The notes: generated from the letters alone by a model not told the origin. Positions 19,566 to 31,566 are shown, counted from the stretch's first letter. The stretch is DNA of 64,000 bases from Candidatus Marinacidobacterales bacterium (GCA_965237955.1 OZ250169.1:96001-160000), one strand, 5' to 3'. Translations and numbers: made by a program.

Positions 19566-21322
19566 AGCTTGGGATGCTTCAAGTGGTGATCGGTCTGCGC
19601 CTGGAACGCATGTGCCAGCAGCAGGATTTCCGGCTCACCAAAGAGCTTGCCCGTAAACATCAGGTTCGTGGGTGAGCCCTGAAAAAAGCCACTGGGCATG
19701 CTGATCGCCGGATGACCGGTGTGGTTGGTCAAGTAGACACTGTTTCCTTGACTGATGACCTTTGAGACGCCGCCGGCGGTGACCGCTGAGATGAAGAGGT
19801 CGAGATCGGACATGGCTTCATCCACTTCTTCCATCACCTGCATACGTAAGCGGTGGGCTTGGATGTACTCGACGGCGGGAACGAAACGGGCGGTGCGGAA
19901 GTCGTCCGCCTTGTGGCTCTCCTCGGGCGGCTCTTTAATCACCTCGAGCTGTCCGCTTCGTGTCGGCTCATCGAAGGCCGCAGCCGCTTCCGTCCATTCG
20001 ATGAAGCGGAGGGCTTCGGTAGGCACATCAGGTAGCTCAAACGGTACCACCTCGACGCCCAGAGAGCGGATGACTCGCAACGCTTCTTCGTTGTTCTTGC
20101 GGGTCTGGCGTCGTAGTGCGGCGCTCTCTGAATTTTCCGGATCCTCAGGGATCTCACCTTCAAACGCCAAGCGCCGGTAGCCCACGCGCAGCTTGGTCAC
20201 GTCGGCCGTGGCATCCCAGTTGAAGGGCACGTCGAGGACTGTATTGTCCTTCCCGTCGGGTCCGTAAATGACGTCGAACACGAGCGCGCAATCCTCGGCC
20301 GAGCGGCACATCGGTCCTATCTTGTCCATCGTCCACGCACGCGCCATGGCTCCGTAGCGGCTGACCCGTCCGAAGGTAGGCCGCAAACCGGTGACGCCGT
20401 TTCGAGCCGATGGGAACATGATGGATCCTCCAGTTTCCGTCCCGATGGAAAAGCCCACCAGTCCGGCCGCCGTCGCCGAGCCGGGCCCGGCGGAAGAGCC
20501 GCTGGATCCTTGCTCGGTGTTCCAAGGGTTTCGGGTTTGTCCTCCAAACCATCGGTCACCGTCGGCCAGCGTACCCGTCGATAGCTTGGCGATCAGTATC
20601 GCTCCCGCCTCCGTCAACCGCCGGTACACGGTGGCGTCGGTGTCGATGACCCGGTCCTTGTACGGTGAGGCACCCCACGTCGTCTTGGTCCCCCGAACGG
20701 CAAGCAAGTCTTTCGCTCCCCAGGGGATTCCGTGAAGGGGGCCTCGATAAGTCCCCGCGGCAATCTCTTCGTCGGCTCGCTTCGCCTGCCGGTGCGCATG
20801 CTCCTCGGTGAGATTGACGACGCAGTGGAGCGTGGGGTCATGATTTTTCAGGCGCGCGAGATACAGCTCGGTGAGCTCGGTGGGCTTGATTTGACGGCTC
20901 TCCACCAGCTTGGCTAGATGGGTCACCGGGAGAAACGCCAGCTCTTCGTCCGTCGCGGGCATCGAGACATCGATCTCCTGTCGCTTCAGAGGTCTTCGCT
21001 CGCTCGGGAGCTCCTTGCCGGGAGGGACGGGATTGAAGACGGTGGCCGGCTGGGTGGCGTTGCCAAGGTTGGCGGCTCTGAGCGTGTCGAAAGCCGCGAG
21101 CGGGCTTCTCTCTCCGTTCAGCCTCTCGAGGATCCACTGTTGCTCTTCGCGCGTAAAGGACAACCCCGCGATCTTTTGCGCGGCCTCGATCATCTCGATG
21201 GTGATGGTCTCCGCGTCTTGAGCCACGGCAGCGAGCGCGCCCGGCATCAACGGCGAACCGAGGCCTGTTGCCGACAAGGCCATGAAGCGACGGCGGTTCA
21301 TGGTGAATCTTTGGTCATCCAT
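19562..21322 (-). CDS. amidase signature family enzyme with Tat-like signal
   Basis: NRRRFMAL; GPLHGIPWGAKDL, GSSGSSAG and GTETGGSI motifs (Lys-Ser-Ser triad). Confidence 0.92.
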   Translation of the reverse strand: MDDQRFTMNRRRFMALSATGLGSPLMPGALAAVAQDAETITIEMIEAAQKIAGLSFTREEQQWILERLNGERSPLAAFDTLRAANLGNATQPATVFNPVPPGKELPSERRPLKRQEIDVSMPATDEELAFLPVTHLAKLVESRQIKPTELTELYLARLKNHDPTLHCVVNLTEEHAHRQAKRADEEIAAGTYRGPLHGIPWGAKDLLAVRGTKTTWGASPYKDRVIDTDATVYRRLTEAGAILIAKLSTGTLADGDRWFGGQTRNPWNTEQGSSGSSAGPGSATAAGLVGFSIGTETGGSIMFPSARNGVTGLRPTFGRVSRYGAMARAWTMDKIGPMCRSAEDCALVFDVIYGPDGKDNTVLDVPFNWDATADVTKLRVGYRRLAFEGEIPEDPENSESAALRRQTRKNNEEALRVIRSLGVEVVPFELPDVPTEALRFIEWTEAAAAFDEPTRSGQLEVIKEPPEESHKADDFRTARFVPAVEYIQAHRLRMQVMEEVDEAMSDLDLFISAVTAGGVSKVISQGNSVYLTNHTGHPAISMPSGFFQGSPTNLMFTGKLFGEPEILLLAHAFQAQTDHHLKHPKL

Positions 21323-21566
21323 TACGTTTCTCCTCTCGATCGATTAGCCGCCCCCTTCTATGTCCTGCGCTTGCGCGGGGACCGGCAGGGCAATCAGCAC
21401 CATGGTCAAAAACGAGTATCCAGACGCTCAGAGAACGTCCGGTTCGGCCCGAGGAAATGAGTATTGCTGGGGAGATGCGAGAAAGTTGTCCAGAGTCCAT
21501 GGTTTACTCCTTATGACACCGTTTCGCTTTCGCTTGACGGTTGACAGCGCCAATGCCTGGCGCACG

Positions 21567-21601
21567 AAAAAACCGGGGCGCCAATGCCGGCGCCCCGGTT
21601 T
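21567..21601 (-). terminator. intrinsic terminator after the TonB receptor
   Basis: Minus strand AACCGGGGCGCC-GGCATT-GGCGCCCCGGTT followed by T-run. Confidence 0.8.
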
Positions 21602-24513
21602 GTGTCGTCCTTCGAGACCTAGAACTTACGCCTTCTCAACCTTGAAACCCTGGTTAAAAATTGAAGCGTATTCCAAATCTCAAAACACGGGGTAGTTCGA
21701 TGACCGCTGGCTTCAGGAATTGGGGTAGGCCGATTGTCATTGACTGATAAGCCGTAATCCGGTTGATGTTGGTTACATTGAACATATCGAGGATGAGCCC
21801 CAGTCTGTAGTTGTCCCCGAACCGAAACTGCTTTTCGACTCGAAGGTCTAATTTGTTTCTGAAGTCGTGGCGAAAAGTACCCTTTGGCTGTGAAGGTACT
21901 TGGATGACGCCCTCCACCACGATACCGGGAATACCGCCTCCTGCGAGCGTCCTGCAACCAAACTCTGAGGAGCTCGCATGTGCTTTCGTTGCGCCAGTAC
22001 CGGCGCAGATCGGGAAGTATTGCGACACGTAGTTTCCCTCACCCAGTCTGAGACCGCTAACTTCTTTCTTTGTCTGGTGGGGAAAACCGGACACGGCCTG
22101 GAAGAAGCCGCTCACGAGAACATCGCCGGGCAACGTGTAGGTCCCCTGGAGCTTGAACTGGTGGGGAGCGTCCAGTTGCAGCGGGCCTTCGTTATGGACG
22201 ATTGTCGCATTGGGGTTCCTGTAGATAACGTTGGTGGACGAGGTGCCGGCGAAGTCATTGGCGATGTTGCCATAGGTTTCGCTGAAGTTGTAGGAGGCCG
22301 CCAGTTGCCAGCCGTCACGAAAGCGCCTGTGCGCACGAAACTCAATTCCCTTGTAGTCTCGGAAAAGCCCCCCCGTAGACGCAAAGTCGGGGTTGGTAAT
22401 GAGATCAGTCCTGCTGGCCCCCAAGAATTCCGGCCTCAGGGCATAGATGGTGAGAGGCGTTTGGTCCCACTGGTTTTCTACCTGAAGCTCGCGGTAATCA
22501 TTGAACGGGTTTTGTTGGTCTCCTCCTTCCCGCACCCGAATGGTCTCGATGATGTTTTTGTCTTGCTTGAAGCTTGCTCCCACCGACACGACCGTGTTGG
22601 TATTCAGCTCATGCTCGACCGTGAAGTGAAACGCATCCACGTAGGACTGTGTCAAGTCGCGTTGGAGCTCCACTCGACTCCCAAAATCGGGGTCCAGCCT
22701 TCGTTCGTCGAATGCACGGATAAGCGTTCCCTGCTCACCGTCCTGGAACTGGAGGTCACCATTCAGGTCGTTCCATGTGTACGTTGCGCTTCCTCCCGCA
22801 GAGGGTGAAAGGGGACCCACATGGACGTTGAGCATGGACCTGTAGTGTCGCCCGTAATAGGCCTTGAGAGAAGTCCTTTTTTCCTCACCCAGCGCATACA
22901 CCATGCCAAGGCGCGGCGCGACGACGTTCCAGTTGATGGCGTCGCGGGTCTCCGGGTAGACGGTCTCGGGGAACCAGCGGCCGCCACCCGAACTCGTCTC
23001 GGGGAGCCAGGCTTCCGTGTTTTCCCACCGCACTCCCAGGTTCAGGGTGAGCCGATCTCCAATCGTCCATTGGTCCTGCACAAAGGCTGCATAGCGGTCA
23101 ATAGCGCGGCGTTGCACAAACGGCAAGTTCTGCATGACTACACGAAAGGGCGCTCCGTCAAAGGTTTGTAGATCGACGTCCTCACCATTGGGGAAAGCAA
23201 AGAACTTTTCCGAGTTAGGGCGATCCATGTAGAAGCCGGCCTTGAGCTCGTGTGAGCCAGCCGCATTCTCGCGGAAGTGCGAGACATTAGCGCCCGCTCC
23301 CCACGCACACCGGCAAGACGGATGGTCCGGGCGGCGGGTTAACCCCCCAGAAAACAAGCCCGTAGCGATGTCCCGAACGCCGACTATTTGGTCCGGGTTG
23401 TTGGGTTGATCGTGAATAAGCTCCTTAAACTGCCGGTTCCACCTGAGGTCCACAATGGTATCGGTGCCGATTAGCTGCGTCAAACCGAGATTCAAGACCT
23501 TCTGCTTCCGGAATCGGCTGTCCCAGGTTCGCGGGTCGCCGGCCCTTGTAAAATTGCTAACGTTGGACGGAAATCTAAGATGATTCCGAATCGTCGCCGA
23601 GCCGAAGGCGCGGGTGTTGTCGCCTATCTGACCGGTGACCTTGAAGAAGCCCTCTTTCGACGTGATCTCGTGGGGCTGGGCGGGGATGAGGGGTGTTTGG
23701 ACACTGTTCTCCAGGTAACGGGCATGGCCGAAGAACCAGACAGCATCTTTCTTGATCGGTCCCCCAAAAGTTCCGCCTACGTCCGTGTCCTTTACGACAC
23801 TCGATCTCGCCCCCAGTTCCGCCAGGAGCTCAGGCGTGACGTTGCTCCACTCCGTGTCTTCGCCTTGGTAGAAATAGTACCCTCCACCGGAGAACTCGTT
23901 CCCTCCTGACTTGGTCACGAAGTTGAAAACCCCGCCATTGGAATTGCCAAACTCCGCCGTTGCACCCGAGCTCGTTACCTGGACTTCCTCGATCATGTCG
24001 ACCGGGACATCGAACAAGATGTAGCCTACCGTGGTGTCATTGGCAAGCGCTCCATCGATGGTGTACAGGTTGCCCCGGGGGTCGCTCCCGAGAACCGATT
24101 GGTTCGGATCCGAATACTCAGTATCGATGACGCCCGCCATCGAAATGAGGAGATGCTGATAACCGCGCCCCAGGGGGATGTTGTCGATCCGATCCCGCTC
24201 GAGCGTCCGCATCTGCTGCGCACTCTTGATGTCAACCAGTGGCGTCTCTCCAATGACGGTCACGGTCTCCTGCACCGCGGACGGGGACAGTATCGCATTG
24301 ATTTCAATTTGCTGCCCGGCATGCACATTGACCTCTCTAAAGTTACGGGTTGCGAATCCCCCCAACTCTATCTGCACCGTGTAGTTGGACGAGGGCTGTA
24401 GCCTCAGAACACGGTAGGTACCCAGGTCGGTCGTGACTCGAACTTCCGACTTGATGTGATCCGGACTCGAGACCGTCACCGTAGCGCCGGGTACCGCAAG
24501 CCCTTGATCATCT

Positions 24514-25897
24514 GGGTCTACGCGGAAATCTGTGGGCGAATGCTGACGGAGAAATAGTGTAACTCATTGTGTGGAAAAGGTATTCAGCACTTCATCAGGT
24601 GCTGAGAAGTGATCCGTTTTTCGGATAGGCTAACCGAGTGAAAAATCCCCAGTCGATCCGCTCGCTTTTTGCGCTACCAGGTTTCGTGGCTGGCGCCCGA
24701 TTGAACGGTGTATTCGGTGACCGATACGCCCGCGTCATCCAGCTCAAGAGGCGAAAAAAACAGCCGTGTGCTCGTACTGTGGGCATCGGTGCCGGGGGCG
24801 CTATGACAAGCAAGTGTGCCGGGTCCGCGACCTGTCGTTGGCAGGCTGGCGGATCTATCTGGAATACGAGCGTTGGCGCGTCAACTGTCGTGGGTGCGGT
24901 GGTGTGCATGTAGAACACTTGGACTGGCTGGCGAACAACCCGCGCTACACCCAGCGCTTTGCGACGCATGTGGGCAAGCTGTGCCGGGATATGCCGAACA
25001 AGGCGGTGGCCGAGATGGAACGTCTGCACCACACTACGGTGAAGGACCTGGATAAGCTCTACATGCAAGAGCAAGTCGAGCGGGCGGGGCTGCCGGCGCC
25101 TCGGGCCATCGGTATCGATGAGATCTCCATCCGCAAGGGACATAACTATCGTGTCATTGTCAGCGACCTGGAGCGGGCGCGTCCCATCTGGGTGGGCGGT
25201 GAGGGTCGCAAAGAAACCGACATCGATTTGTTCTTCAAGGCGCTGGGCGGGAAGAAAAGCGCCCGTATCAAGCTGGCCGCCATGGATATGTGGAAGCCCT
25301 TCCGGAACTCGGTGATTAACAACGCACCCAATGCGCGGATCATCTTCGACAAGTTTCATATCATGCGTCACCTGTCAAAGGCTCTCGATGAGGTCCGGCG
25401 CCGTGAGTACAAACGCCTCAGCGGCGAGGACCGGTCGTATATCAAGGGGCAGCGTTACACGTTGCTTTCCCGGCGGGAGAACCTGAGCCTGGACGGTCGC
25501 CGCGCACTCAAGAAGTTGCTCCAGGCCAACCGGCGCCTGAACACCGCCTATGTTTTGAAGGAGGCCTTCGGGCAACTCTGGGATTACCGCACCGAACGCG
25601 GGGCTCGCGCCTTTTTCACACGTTGGAAAGACAGCCTCAAATGGCAGCGCCTGCATCCCTACCAGAAGTTCGCCGGAATGATTGAGTCCCATTGGGATGG
25701 TATCGCCTCCTACTGTCATCCTGAGAACAAAGTCAGTCTCGGACTGGTTGAAGGGGTCAACAACAAAATCCGTGTTCTGCAACGACGCGCCTACGGCTAT
25801 CGTGACGAGGGATATCTCAAGCTGAAGATCGTGGCGGCATTCCTTCCGCCATTACCCAGAAATGCCGTTTTCAACCCACACGAACCCGCGTAGACCC
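24514..25897 (+). mobile_element. ISL3-family insertion sequence
   Basis: IR GGGTCTACGCGG / CCGCGTAGACCC; perfect 8-bp TSD GATCATCT at 24506-24513 and 25898-25905. Confidence 0.95.
24638..25893 (+). CDS. ISL3 transposase, two frames joined by a -1 shift at A AAA AAC (~24755)
   Basis: CxxC..CxxC zinc finger; IGIDEISIRKGH, AMDMWKP, FDKFH and EGVNNKIR..AYG motifs. Confidence 0.9.
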
Positions 25898-26056
25898 GAT
25901 CATCTATTACCTTGCCGTAGATGACTCCGGTGATTTCCTGCGCGAAGGCCGCCCCGCAAGCCAGTAAAAGGGCCAGTGGCACCACCACCAAAGCGCGTAG
26001 TGGTAGCCCACGTCGAGCAATTGCCTTAAATAATAACATTTTAGCTACCTCCTCTA

Positions 26057-26122
26057 ATGTAAGACTCCCGTGCTAAAGCATGTAAGACTTCCGCGCGAAA
26101 GCATATAGTCCTACGCGAAAGG
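26057..26122. repeat. ~23-bp tandem direct repeats in the 5' leader of the TonB receptor
   Basis: ATGTAAGACTCCCGTGCTAAAGC / ATGTAAGACTTCCGCGCGAAAGC / degenerate ATATAGTCCTACGCGAAAGG. Confidence 0.7.
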
Positions 26123-26123
26123 A

Positions 26124-26139
26124 TGCAAGATGTATTCCA
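26124..26139 (-). promoter_or_regulatory. sigma54-type promoter of the second TonB receptor
   Basis: Minus strand TGGAATACATCTTGCA with GG-N10-GC spacing; similar distance from the conserved element as in copy 1. Confidence 0.55.
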
Positions 26140-26395
26140 CTGCCAGCCACCGAAAAATAACACATAAGTCCATAGAAATAAACGTGTTAGATGGCCGTAC
26201 CCCTGCCCGATACCCTTTCGTTTTCAAAAATTTGGATTTTATCTGACCGACCAGACAGGTAAATCGGAACCCTCGATCAGATTAATCTTCTATCTGAGAA
26301 TAGATTGGAGGGACTAGCGACTGACGAATCCGTCGTTCAGAATTATGGATCGGCCCTTCGGGGGATTGGATATTTGGTGCTTCCGCCATCAAGTT

Positions 26396-26689
26396 GCCTT
26401 GGTGCACAACTCCGATAGAGGCCGAGAGCTCGCTTGCTCCCCGACTCCCATCATCCGATCATCTCGCTATCAGGCATCCCGAGCGCCGTCATGGTGTTGA
26501 GAATCTTGCACCCGATCCTTGCCTCGACTCTCTGTGCCGCCAACCCTCTCGCTCGCATCGCTGAGCCCACGATAGCCTTGTAGCGATGGAACGTTGTCTC
26601 GACTTTGCTCCGTTTGCTGTAGCCCGATTCTGTGTGCCACTTTCGTTTGCCGAGCCGAGCTTGTGCTGCAATGTTGCGATTGCGCTGTC
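26396..26689 (-). mobile_element. IS5-family 3' remnant
   Basis: IR GCCTTGGTGCACAAC; transposase C-terminus SGYSKRSKVETTFHRYK..GMPDS; near-identical to 49185-49478. Confidence 0.85.
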
Positions 26690-26804
26690 TATCTCGACCA
26701 CTGGCTGGAAACCGCCGCGCGACCAGGAGTACGACAGAGGACCTACGACGGGTACGAGGGGTTGCTCCAGCGTCACGTGCGCCCACCCCTCGGCGACCGC
26801 AGGC
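26690..26804 (+). pseudogene. fragment of a tyrosine-integrase N-terminal (SAM-like) domain
   Basis: YLDHWLETAARPGVRQRTYDGYEGLLQRHVRPPLGDRRL fits the phage-integrase core-binding pattern. Confidence 0.6.
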
Positions 26805-26918
26805 TGCCTTGGTGCATAAATACAGGTAAGTCATTGATTCCATTGACTCTGCTATTTTTGCACCAAAAACGTAACCTGCTGATTCCTTTAGAGTTGTCCA
26901 GAGTTATGCACCAAGGCA
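26805..26918. mobile_element. ~114-bp MITE with IS5-type ends
   Basis: 15-bp perfect IR TGCCTTGGTGCATAA / TTATGCACCAAGGCA around an AT-rich core; nearly the same IR as the IS5 pieces. Confidence 0.75.
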
Positions 26919-27058
26919 ACCCGAACTTGCGATTCAGCGCGAGGAGGATCCAAACGACGCCGATGCCGATAGTCAGAAACTTGACGTTGTCCCACGTGAA
27001 ATAGCCGACCAGCCTCTGAACGTACCCAAAGGCCAGCTCTATGAATTCCGTCAACAGA

Positions 27059-27928
27059 CTACTCGCCGAGGTCGAGACTCTTTAGATAATCGCGGAATGG
27101 AGCGCCAAGATCCGATCGGCTCAGCGCGTACTCGACGCTGGCCTTCAGAAATCCGAGCTTGTTTCCACAATCGTGGCGGACGCCTTCAAACTCGAAGCCG
27201 TAGATGGGGGTTTCCGACAAGAGAGACTCGAGCGCGTTGGTAAGCTGGATCTCGCCACCCGCGTCGGTTCCTGTCTTTTGCACGTGCTCGAAGATCGCCG
27301 GCGTCAGAATGTAGCGCCCGATGATCGCGAGATCGGACGGCGCTTCATCTGCGGGCGGCTTCTCCACGAGTCGGCTTACTCGATGGAGGCGCTCGCCTTC
27401 GGACGTCGCGGCGATGACCCCGTAACTCGAGATCTCGTCACCGGGAACGCGCATGACCGCGAGGACCGGCGCTTTCACCTGCTCGTAGACCTCGATCATC
27501 TGCTGAATACAAGGGACGTCCGAAGCCACGAGATCGTCGCCGAGAAGCACGGCGAATGCCTCGTCGCCGACGAGGGGCTCCGCCACCGCGACCGCATGCC
27601 CGAGCCCGAGCGCTTCCTTCTGACGCACGTAGGAGACGTTGACGAGGTCCGAGATCGCCTTGATGATCTCGAGCTCTTTCACCTTGCCCTTGTCTTCGAG
27701 AAATCGCTCGAGCTCGAACGAAACGTCGAAGTGGTCTTCGATCGCGGTCTTGCCACGGCCGGTCACGATGATCACGTTCGTGATCCCCGCGCCCACCGAC
27801 TCTTCGACCACGTATTGGATCAGCGGCTTGTCGACGAGGGGCAGCATTTCTTTCGGCTGTGCTTTCGTGGCCGGAAGGAACCGGGTACCGAGTCCCGCGG
27901 CAGGGAGAACGGCCTTGTTGATGCTCAT
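27059..27928 (-). CDS. galU: UTP--glucose-1-phosphate uridylyltransferase
   Basis: KAVLPAAGLGTRFLPATKAQPKEMLPLVDKP, QKEALGLGHAV, VEKP, GGEIQLT. Confidence 0.96.
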   Translation of the reverse strand: MSINKAVLPAAGLGTRFLPATKAQPKEMLPLVDKPLIQYVVEESVGAGITNVIIVTGRGKTAIEDHFDVSFELERFLEDKGKVKELEIIKAISDLVNVSYVRQKEALGLGHAVAVAEPLVGDEAFAVLLGDDLVASDVPCIQQMIEVYEQVKAPVLAVMRVPGDEISSYGVIAATSEGERLHRVSRLVEKPPADEAPSDLAIIGRYILTPAIFEHVQKTGTDAGGEIQLTNALESLLSETPIYGFEFEGVRHDCGNKLGFLKASVEYALSRSDLGAPFRDYLKSLDLGE

Positions 27929-28048
27929 GAGCTCAGTTTTTTCCTATGGATCCGGGTAGTGTTTCGATGATGTTTCGGGCAGCAAAGATAGGCTCGCATG
28001 GCTAGCGCTCTCACGCAAGCGGAAAGAGCGCGATGTTACAATGACGCC

Positions 28049-29338
28049 GTGCTCGACTTGAACTTCATCACTGAAAACGTGGACTTCGTCGCACAAAAAC
28101 TTCGCGATCGCGGTGCCGACGTCGATCTCGACGCACTCGCGCGCCTCAACCACGAGCGCAAGAGCCTGCAGACCGAAATCAGCACGATGCGCCACGAACA
28201 CGGGTCCGAGTCGAAGAAGATCGGAGCGCTCTTCAAGGAGGGCAAGAAGGACGAAGCGGAAGCTCTCCGGGCTCGACTCCGAGACGCCTCGGACGCCATC
28301 AAAGCGAAAGAGGACCGCCAGCGAGAGGTCGAAGCCGAAACCCAAGACCTTCTGATCCGGCTCCCCAACCTGGCGCACGATAGCGTACCTGTCGGGAACG
28401 ATGAATCGGCCAACGAAGAAGTGCGCCGCTGGGGCGAGCCGCGCTCGTTCGACTTCACGCCCAAGCCGCACTGGGATCTCGGCGAAGCGCTCGGAATCCT
28501 CGACTTCAACCGCGCTGCCAAGATGGCGGGCGCGCGGTTCGCGGTTCTCGACGGGCTCGGTGCCCGGCTCGAGCGCGCTCTCATCAACTTCATGCTCGAC
28601 GTCCACACGAAAGAGCACGGCTACCGCGAGATGCTGCCGCCGTTCATGGCCAACGCCGACGCGCTCTTCGGAACCGGACAACTCCCGAAATTCGAAGAAG
28701 AGCTGTTCAAGGTGCGAGCGGATCGAGATCTCTACCTCGTGCCCACGGCAGAGGTACCGCTCACGAACCTACACCGTGACGAGATCCTCGAAGCCGACGA
28801 GCTGCCGCGGTACTACACGGCGTTCACGCCTTGTTTTCGCAGCGAAGCGGGCTCCTACGGCAAAGACGTCCGCGGTCTGATCCGCCTCCATCAATTCAAC
28901 AAGGTCGAGCTGGTTAAGTTCACCGACGCCGAGAGCTCATACGACGAGCTCGAGAAGCTCACTCGAGACGCCGAGTCGATTCTGCAGAGACTCGAGCTGC
29001 CGTATCGGGTGGTGACGCTCTCGACGGGCGACACGGGTTTTTCCGCCGCGAAGACCTACGACCTCGAAGTGTGGCTCCCGTCGCAGAAGACCTACCGCGA
29101 GATCAGCTCGTGTAGCAATTGCACCGATTTCCAAGCGCGTCGAGCACGCATTCGCTACCGTCCTGCCGCCAAGGGGAAGCCGCGGTTTTGCCACACGCTG
29201 AATGGGTCAGGGCTCGCCGTGGGAAGAACGTGGCTTGCGATTGTCGAGAACTATCAGAACGAAGACGGCACCATCGACGTGCCCGAGGCGCTTGGCCCCT
29301 ACCTCGACGGTCTCGAGCGCATCACGCGCGATCGTTAG
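28049..29338 (+). CDS. serS: serine--tRNA ligase
   Basis: N-terminal coiled coil, [43 protein letters not shown]; probable GTG start at 28049. Confidence 0.97.
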   Translation: MLDLNFITENVDFVAQKLRDRGADVDLDALARLNHERKSLQTEISTMRHEHGSESKKIGALFKEGKKDEAEALRARLRDASDAIKAKEDRQREVEAETQDLLIRLPNLAHDSVPVGNDESANEEVRRWGEPRSFDFTPKPHWDLGEALGILDFNRAAKMAGARFAVLDGLGARLERALINFMLDVHTKEHGYREMLPPFMANADALFGTGQLPKFEEELFKVRADRDLYLVPTAEVPLTNLHRDEILEADELPRYYTAFTPCFRSEAGSYGKDVRGLIRLHQFNKVELVKFTDAESSYDELEKLTRDAESILQRLELPYRVVTLSTGDTGFSAAKTYDLEVWLPSQKTYREISSCSNCTDFQARRARIRYRPAAKGKPRFCHTLNGSGLAVGRTWLAIVENYQNEDGTIDVPEALGPYLDGLERITRDR

Positions 29339-30597
29339 CGTTTCTTCTCTTCGACCGTGGTGGCGGGAACGGGCGCCGGTAGCGACAAGCTACCAATCCC
29401 ATCTTTCCATGCTGGCGGCTCCGGTCGACCCAGCAAGAAGCCTTGACCATAGGTGATGCCGATCTCGAGCAGCGTCTCGTGCTCTTCGCGACGCTCGATA
29501 CCTTCGGCGACCACGGTCGAGCCCATCTTGTCGGCCATCACTTTGAGCGCGCGCACCATCTCCCGACGGACGTAGCTGGTATCGACGTGACGGATCAAGC
29601 CGATGTCGAACTTCAGATACTTCGGCTCTAGCCACGCAATCCGCTCGAGGCCCGAGTAGCCGGCACCGATGTCGTCGATCCCGATGTTGATCCCGAGCTC
29701 GGTGAACTGACGCACGGCGTCACCGAAAAGCGTGTAGTTCTCGATGACGTACGTCTCGGTCAGCTCGAACACGAGCTGTTTCGGCTCGAGTCCTGACTCT
29801 TCCAAGAAGCGCAGTATGCCGTCTCCTTGAAGCGCGGGGTCGTACATCGAAGACGGCAAAATGTTGACGAACAGTTTCGTCTCCGATGGGAACCCCTTTG
29901 CGTTTTTGAGAGCTTTCTGGCGGCACAGACGGTCGAGCTCGAACGCGAGGTTTCCCTCTTCGGCGGTCGCGAACAGATCGAGAGGGCTCTGAAAGTCGGA
30001 GCCCGCGGGGCCGCGACTGAGAGCTTCGAAACCCATCGTCTTGTTCTCCGCCATGTCGACGATTGGCTGGTACACGGTGCCGACTTCCTCGTGGATGAGA
30101 AGCTCTTGCAGCAGGCAGCGCTCACGAAACTGTCGTTCGGAGCGCACGAGGCGAACGCACTCCCATGCGTCTTGAACTAAACGCGACACCAGCCTGTCCG
30201 GCGATATGAGCGGGTTTTGGAGGACGAGGCTGTATCCGACCACGATTCGAGTACGGCCGTGCAGATAGGGAGATGCCATGCGTGCCAGGCTCGCATTCAA
30301 ATAGTTCTCGACGCGGTGAGCGAGGGCTTCGAGCTCGTTCAATCGTGCCGCACCACCGCGCTCCGGCGGGGTCAAGAACACGAGGAATCCGTCACCACCT
30401 CGATCGCTCGAAGCGAACACATCCGTACCCCGCACCTCGGTTCCCGAGAGCTCGAGGATTAGAGTCGTGGCACTATCGAGAACTTCGTTGTAAGCGCGCG
30501 AGCCGTAGCTGAGCTCGACTTGGCCGAGCGGAGTGAGATCGACGAGGAGGGCGGCGAGGCCGCCGTGCTTCCTGAGAATGGGAAGCAAGTCGTCCAT
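29335..30597 (-). CDS. EAL-domain c-di-GMP phosphodiesterase with degenerate GGDEF domain
   Basis: RGGDGF (degenerate GGDEF); [39 protein letters not shown]; start uncertain (30597 or upstream). Confidence 0.88.
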   Translation of the reverse strand: MDDLLPILRKHGGLAALLVDLTPLGQVELSYGSRAYNEVLDSATTLILELSGTEVRGTDVFASSDRGGDGFLVFLTPPERGGAARLNELEALAHRVENYLNASLARMASPYLHGRTRIVVGYSLVLQNPLISPDRLVSRLVQDAWECVRLVRSERQFRERCLLQELLIHEEVGTVYQPIVDMAENKTMGFEALSRGPAGSDFQSPLDLFATAEEGNLAFELDRLCRQKALKNAKGFPSETKLFVNILPSSMYDPALQGDGILRFLEESGLEPKQLVFELTETYVIENYTLFGDAVRQFTELGINIGIDDIGAGYSGLERIAWLEPKYLKFDIGLIRHVDTSYVRREMVRALKVMADKMGSTVVAEGIERREEHETLLEIGITYGQGFLLGRPEPPAWKDGIGSLSLPAPVPATTVEEKKR

Positions 30598-30835
30598 GCG
30601 CTCCACATAGGTTGCGGGCTTGTCTCGCGGCACGGTTTTGTCCTCTATTTTGGGAATCCAGGAGTTTCTTGCAAGAAACGTGCTGGGCAGCGCCTTCGCC
30701 GGATCGGCGTGCAAGCCATTCTAATACAACGGCTTATAGGTGAAGCTACGTTCGACTACGGCCGAGGAGCGTTGCCGAAACCCCACACGACGTTGGGCTT
30801 TGGCCGCAACTTACAATAAGCTTCGAACACTCTGA

Positions 30836-30921
30836 GGAGGGATGGCCGAGCGGTTTAAGGCGGCGGTCTTGAAAACCGTTGACCGAAAGGTCCGGGGGTT
30901 CGAATCCCTCTCCCTCCGCCA
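30836..30921 (+). tRNA. tRNA-Ser(TGA)
   Basis: Acceptor stem GGAGGGA/TCCCTCC, anticodon loop CTTGAAA, long variable arm GACCGAAAGGTC, GGTTCGAATCC, encoded CCA. Confidence 0.97.
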
Positions 30922-31400
30922 CCCAGTCTGGCCAATTGTGGCACTGCAGAGACGGGTGAGATTTTCCGCGCAGTTGGCGGGGTTTTGGAGGGGTAGGTGG
31001 CACCAGAGACGCGCTAGAAGGGCTGAAAAGACCTCATTTTCGGTTTTCGTCTCTAATCTCTATTTTCGAGTGCCAAGTTTGCGCCAAATAAGGGAATAGG
31101 CGCTGACCGGGCCATGCGGGCGGCGGGAAAAGAGGCAACCCGAGAGGCCCAGAATCGACGCCGTGGCTACCGCGGCGTAGCTGCCCTAGCACGTTCTGGT
31201 CCAGGTGCGCCTAGGCCTAGGCCTCCTTGATGCCCCTATCTTGCTCTCGAATTGGACCTCAACCAAGGTCCGCCAAGACTTGAGCAAAGCTTCCTCCTGC
31301 AAAGCCGACGATGGCGTCGTCGGGTCGACCAGCACGAAACAGCCGACATGGCAGGTCTAAACCGCGCAATCAACGCTGGATCGACTTTTTGCGGAGCACA

Positions 31401-31457
31401 ACTAAGCTGCTGATTTATGGTCCATTTCAAAAAGGCCGAGTTTTGGCACAGGACGGG
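31401..31457. mobile_element. partial copy of the ~107-bp MITE with TIR CCCGTCCTGTGCCAAAACTCGGCC
   Basis: ACTAAGCTGCTGATTTATGG..ATTTCAAAAAGGCCGAGTTTTGGCACAGGACGGG matches copies at 39026, 41487 and 47088. Confidence 0.75.
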
Positions 31458-31566
31458 AGCCTGATCCGGCGCTCGATTCGAATGGCGCCCTCATGCGCCC
31501 CGAAACACGAGCGGGAGCTCACTAAATGCAGAGACTTTGTGTCTCAAAATCATTGACACATTCCGG

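Larger units (their letters stand above)
21654..26039 (-). pseudogene. TonB-dependent receptor interrupted by ISL3
   Basis: N-terminus MLLFKAIARR..AFAQEITGVIYGKVIDD (26039-25898, GGAGG RBS) resumes as DDQGLAVPGATVTVSSP after the IS; C-terminal LRFGIRFNF barrel signature. Confidence 0.92.

Noticed and set aside
21315-21500. Small ORF with good RBS upstream of the amidase
   Set aside because: It looks like a frameshifted signal-peptide stub (..LIALPVPAQAQD) with no mature domain; cannot be supported as a gene.
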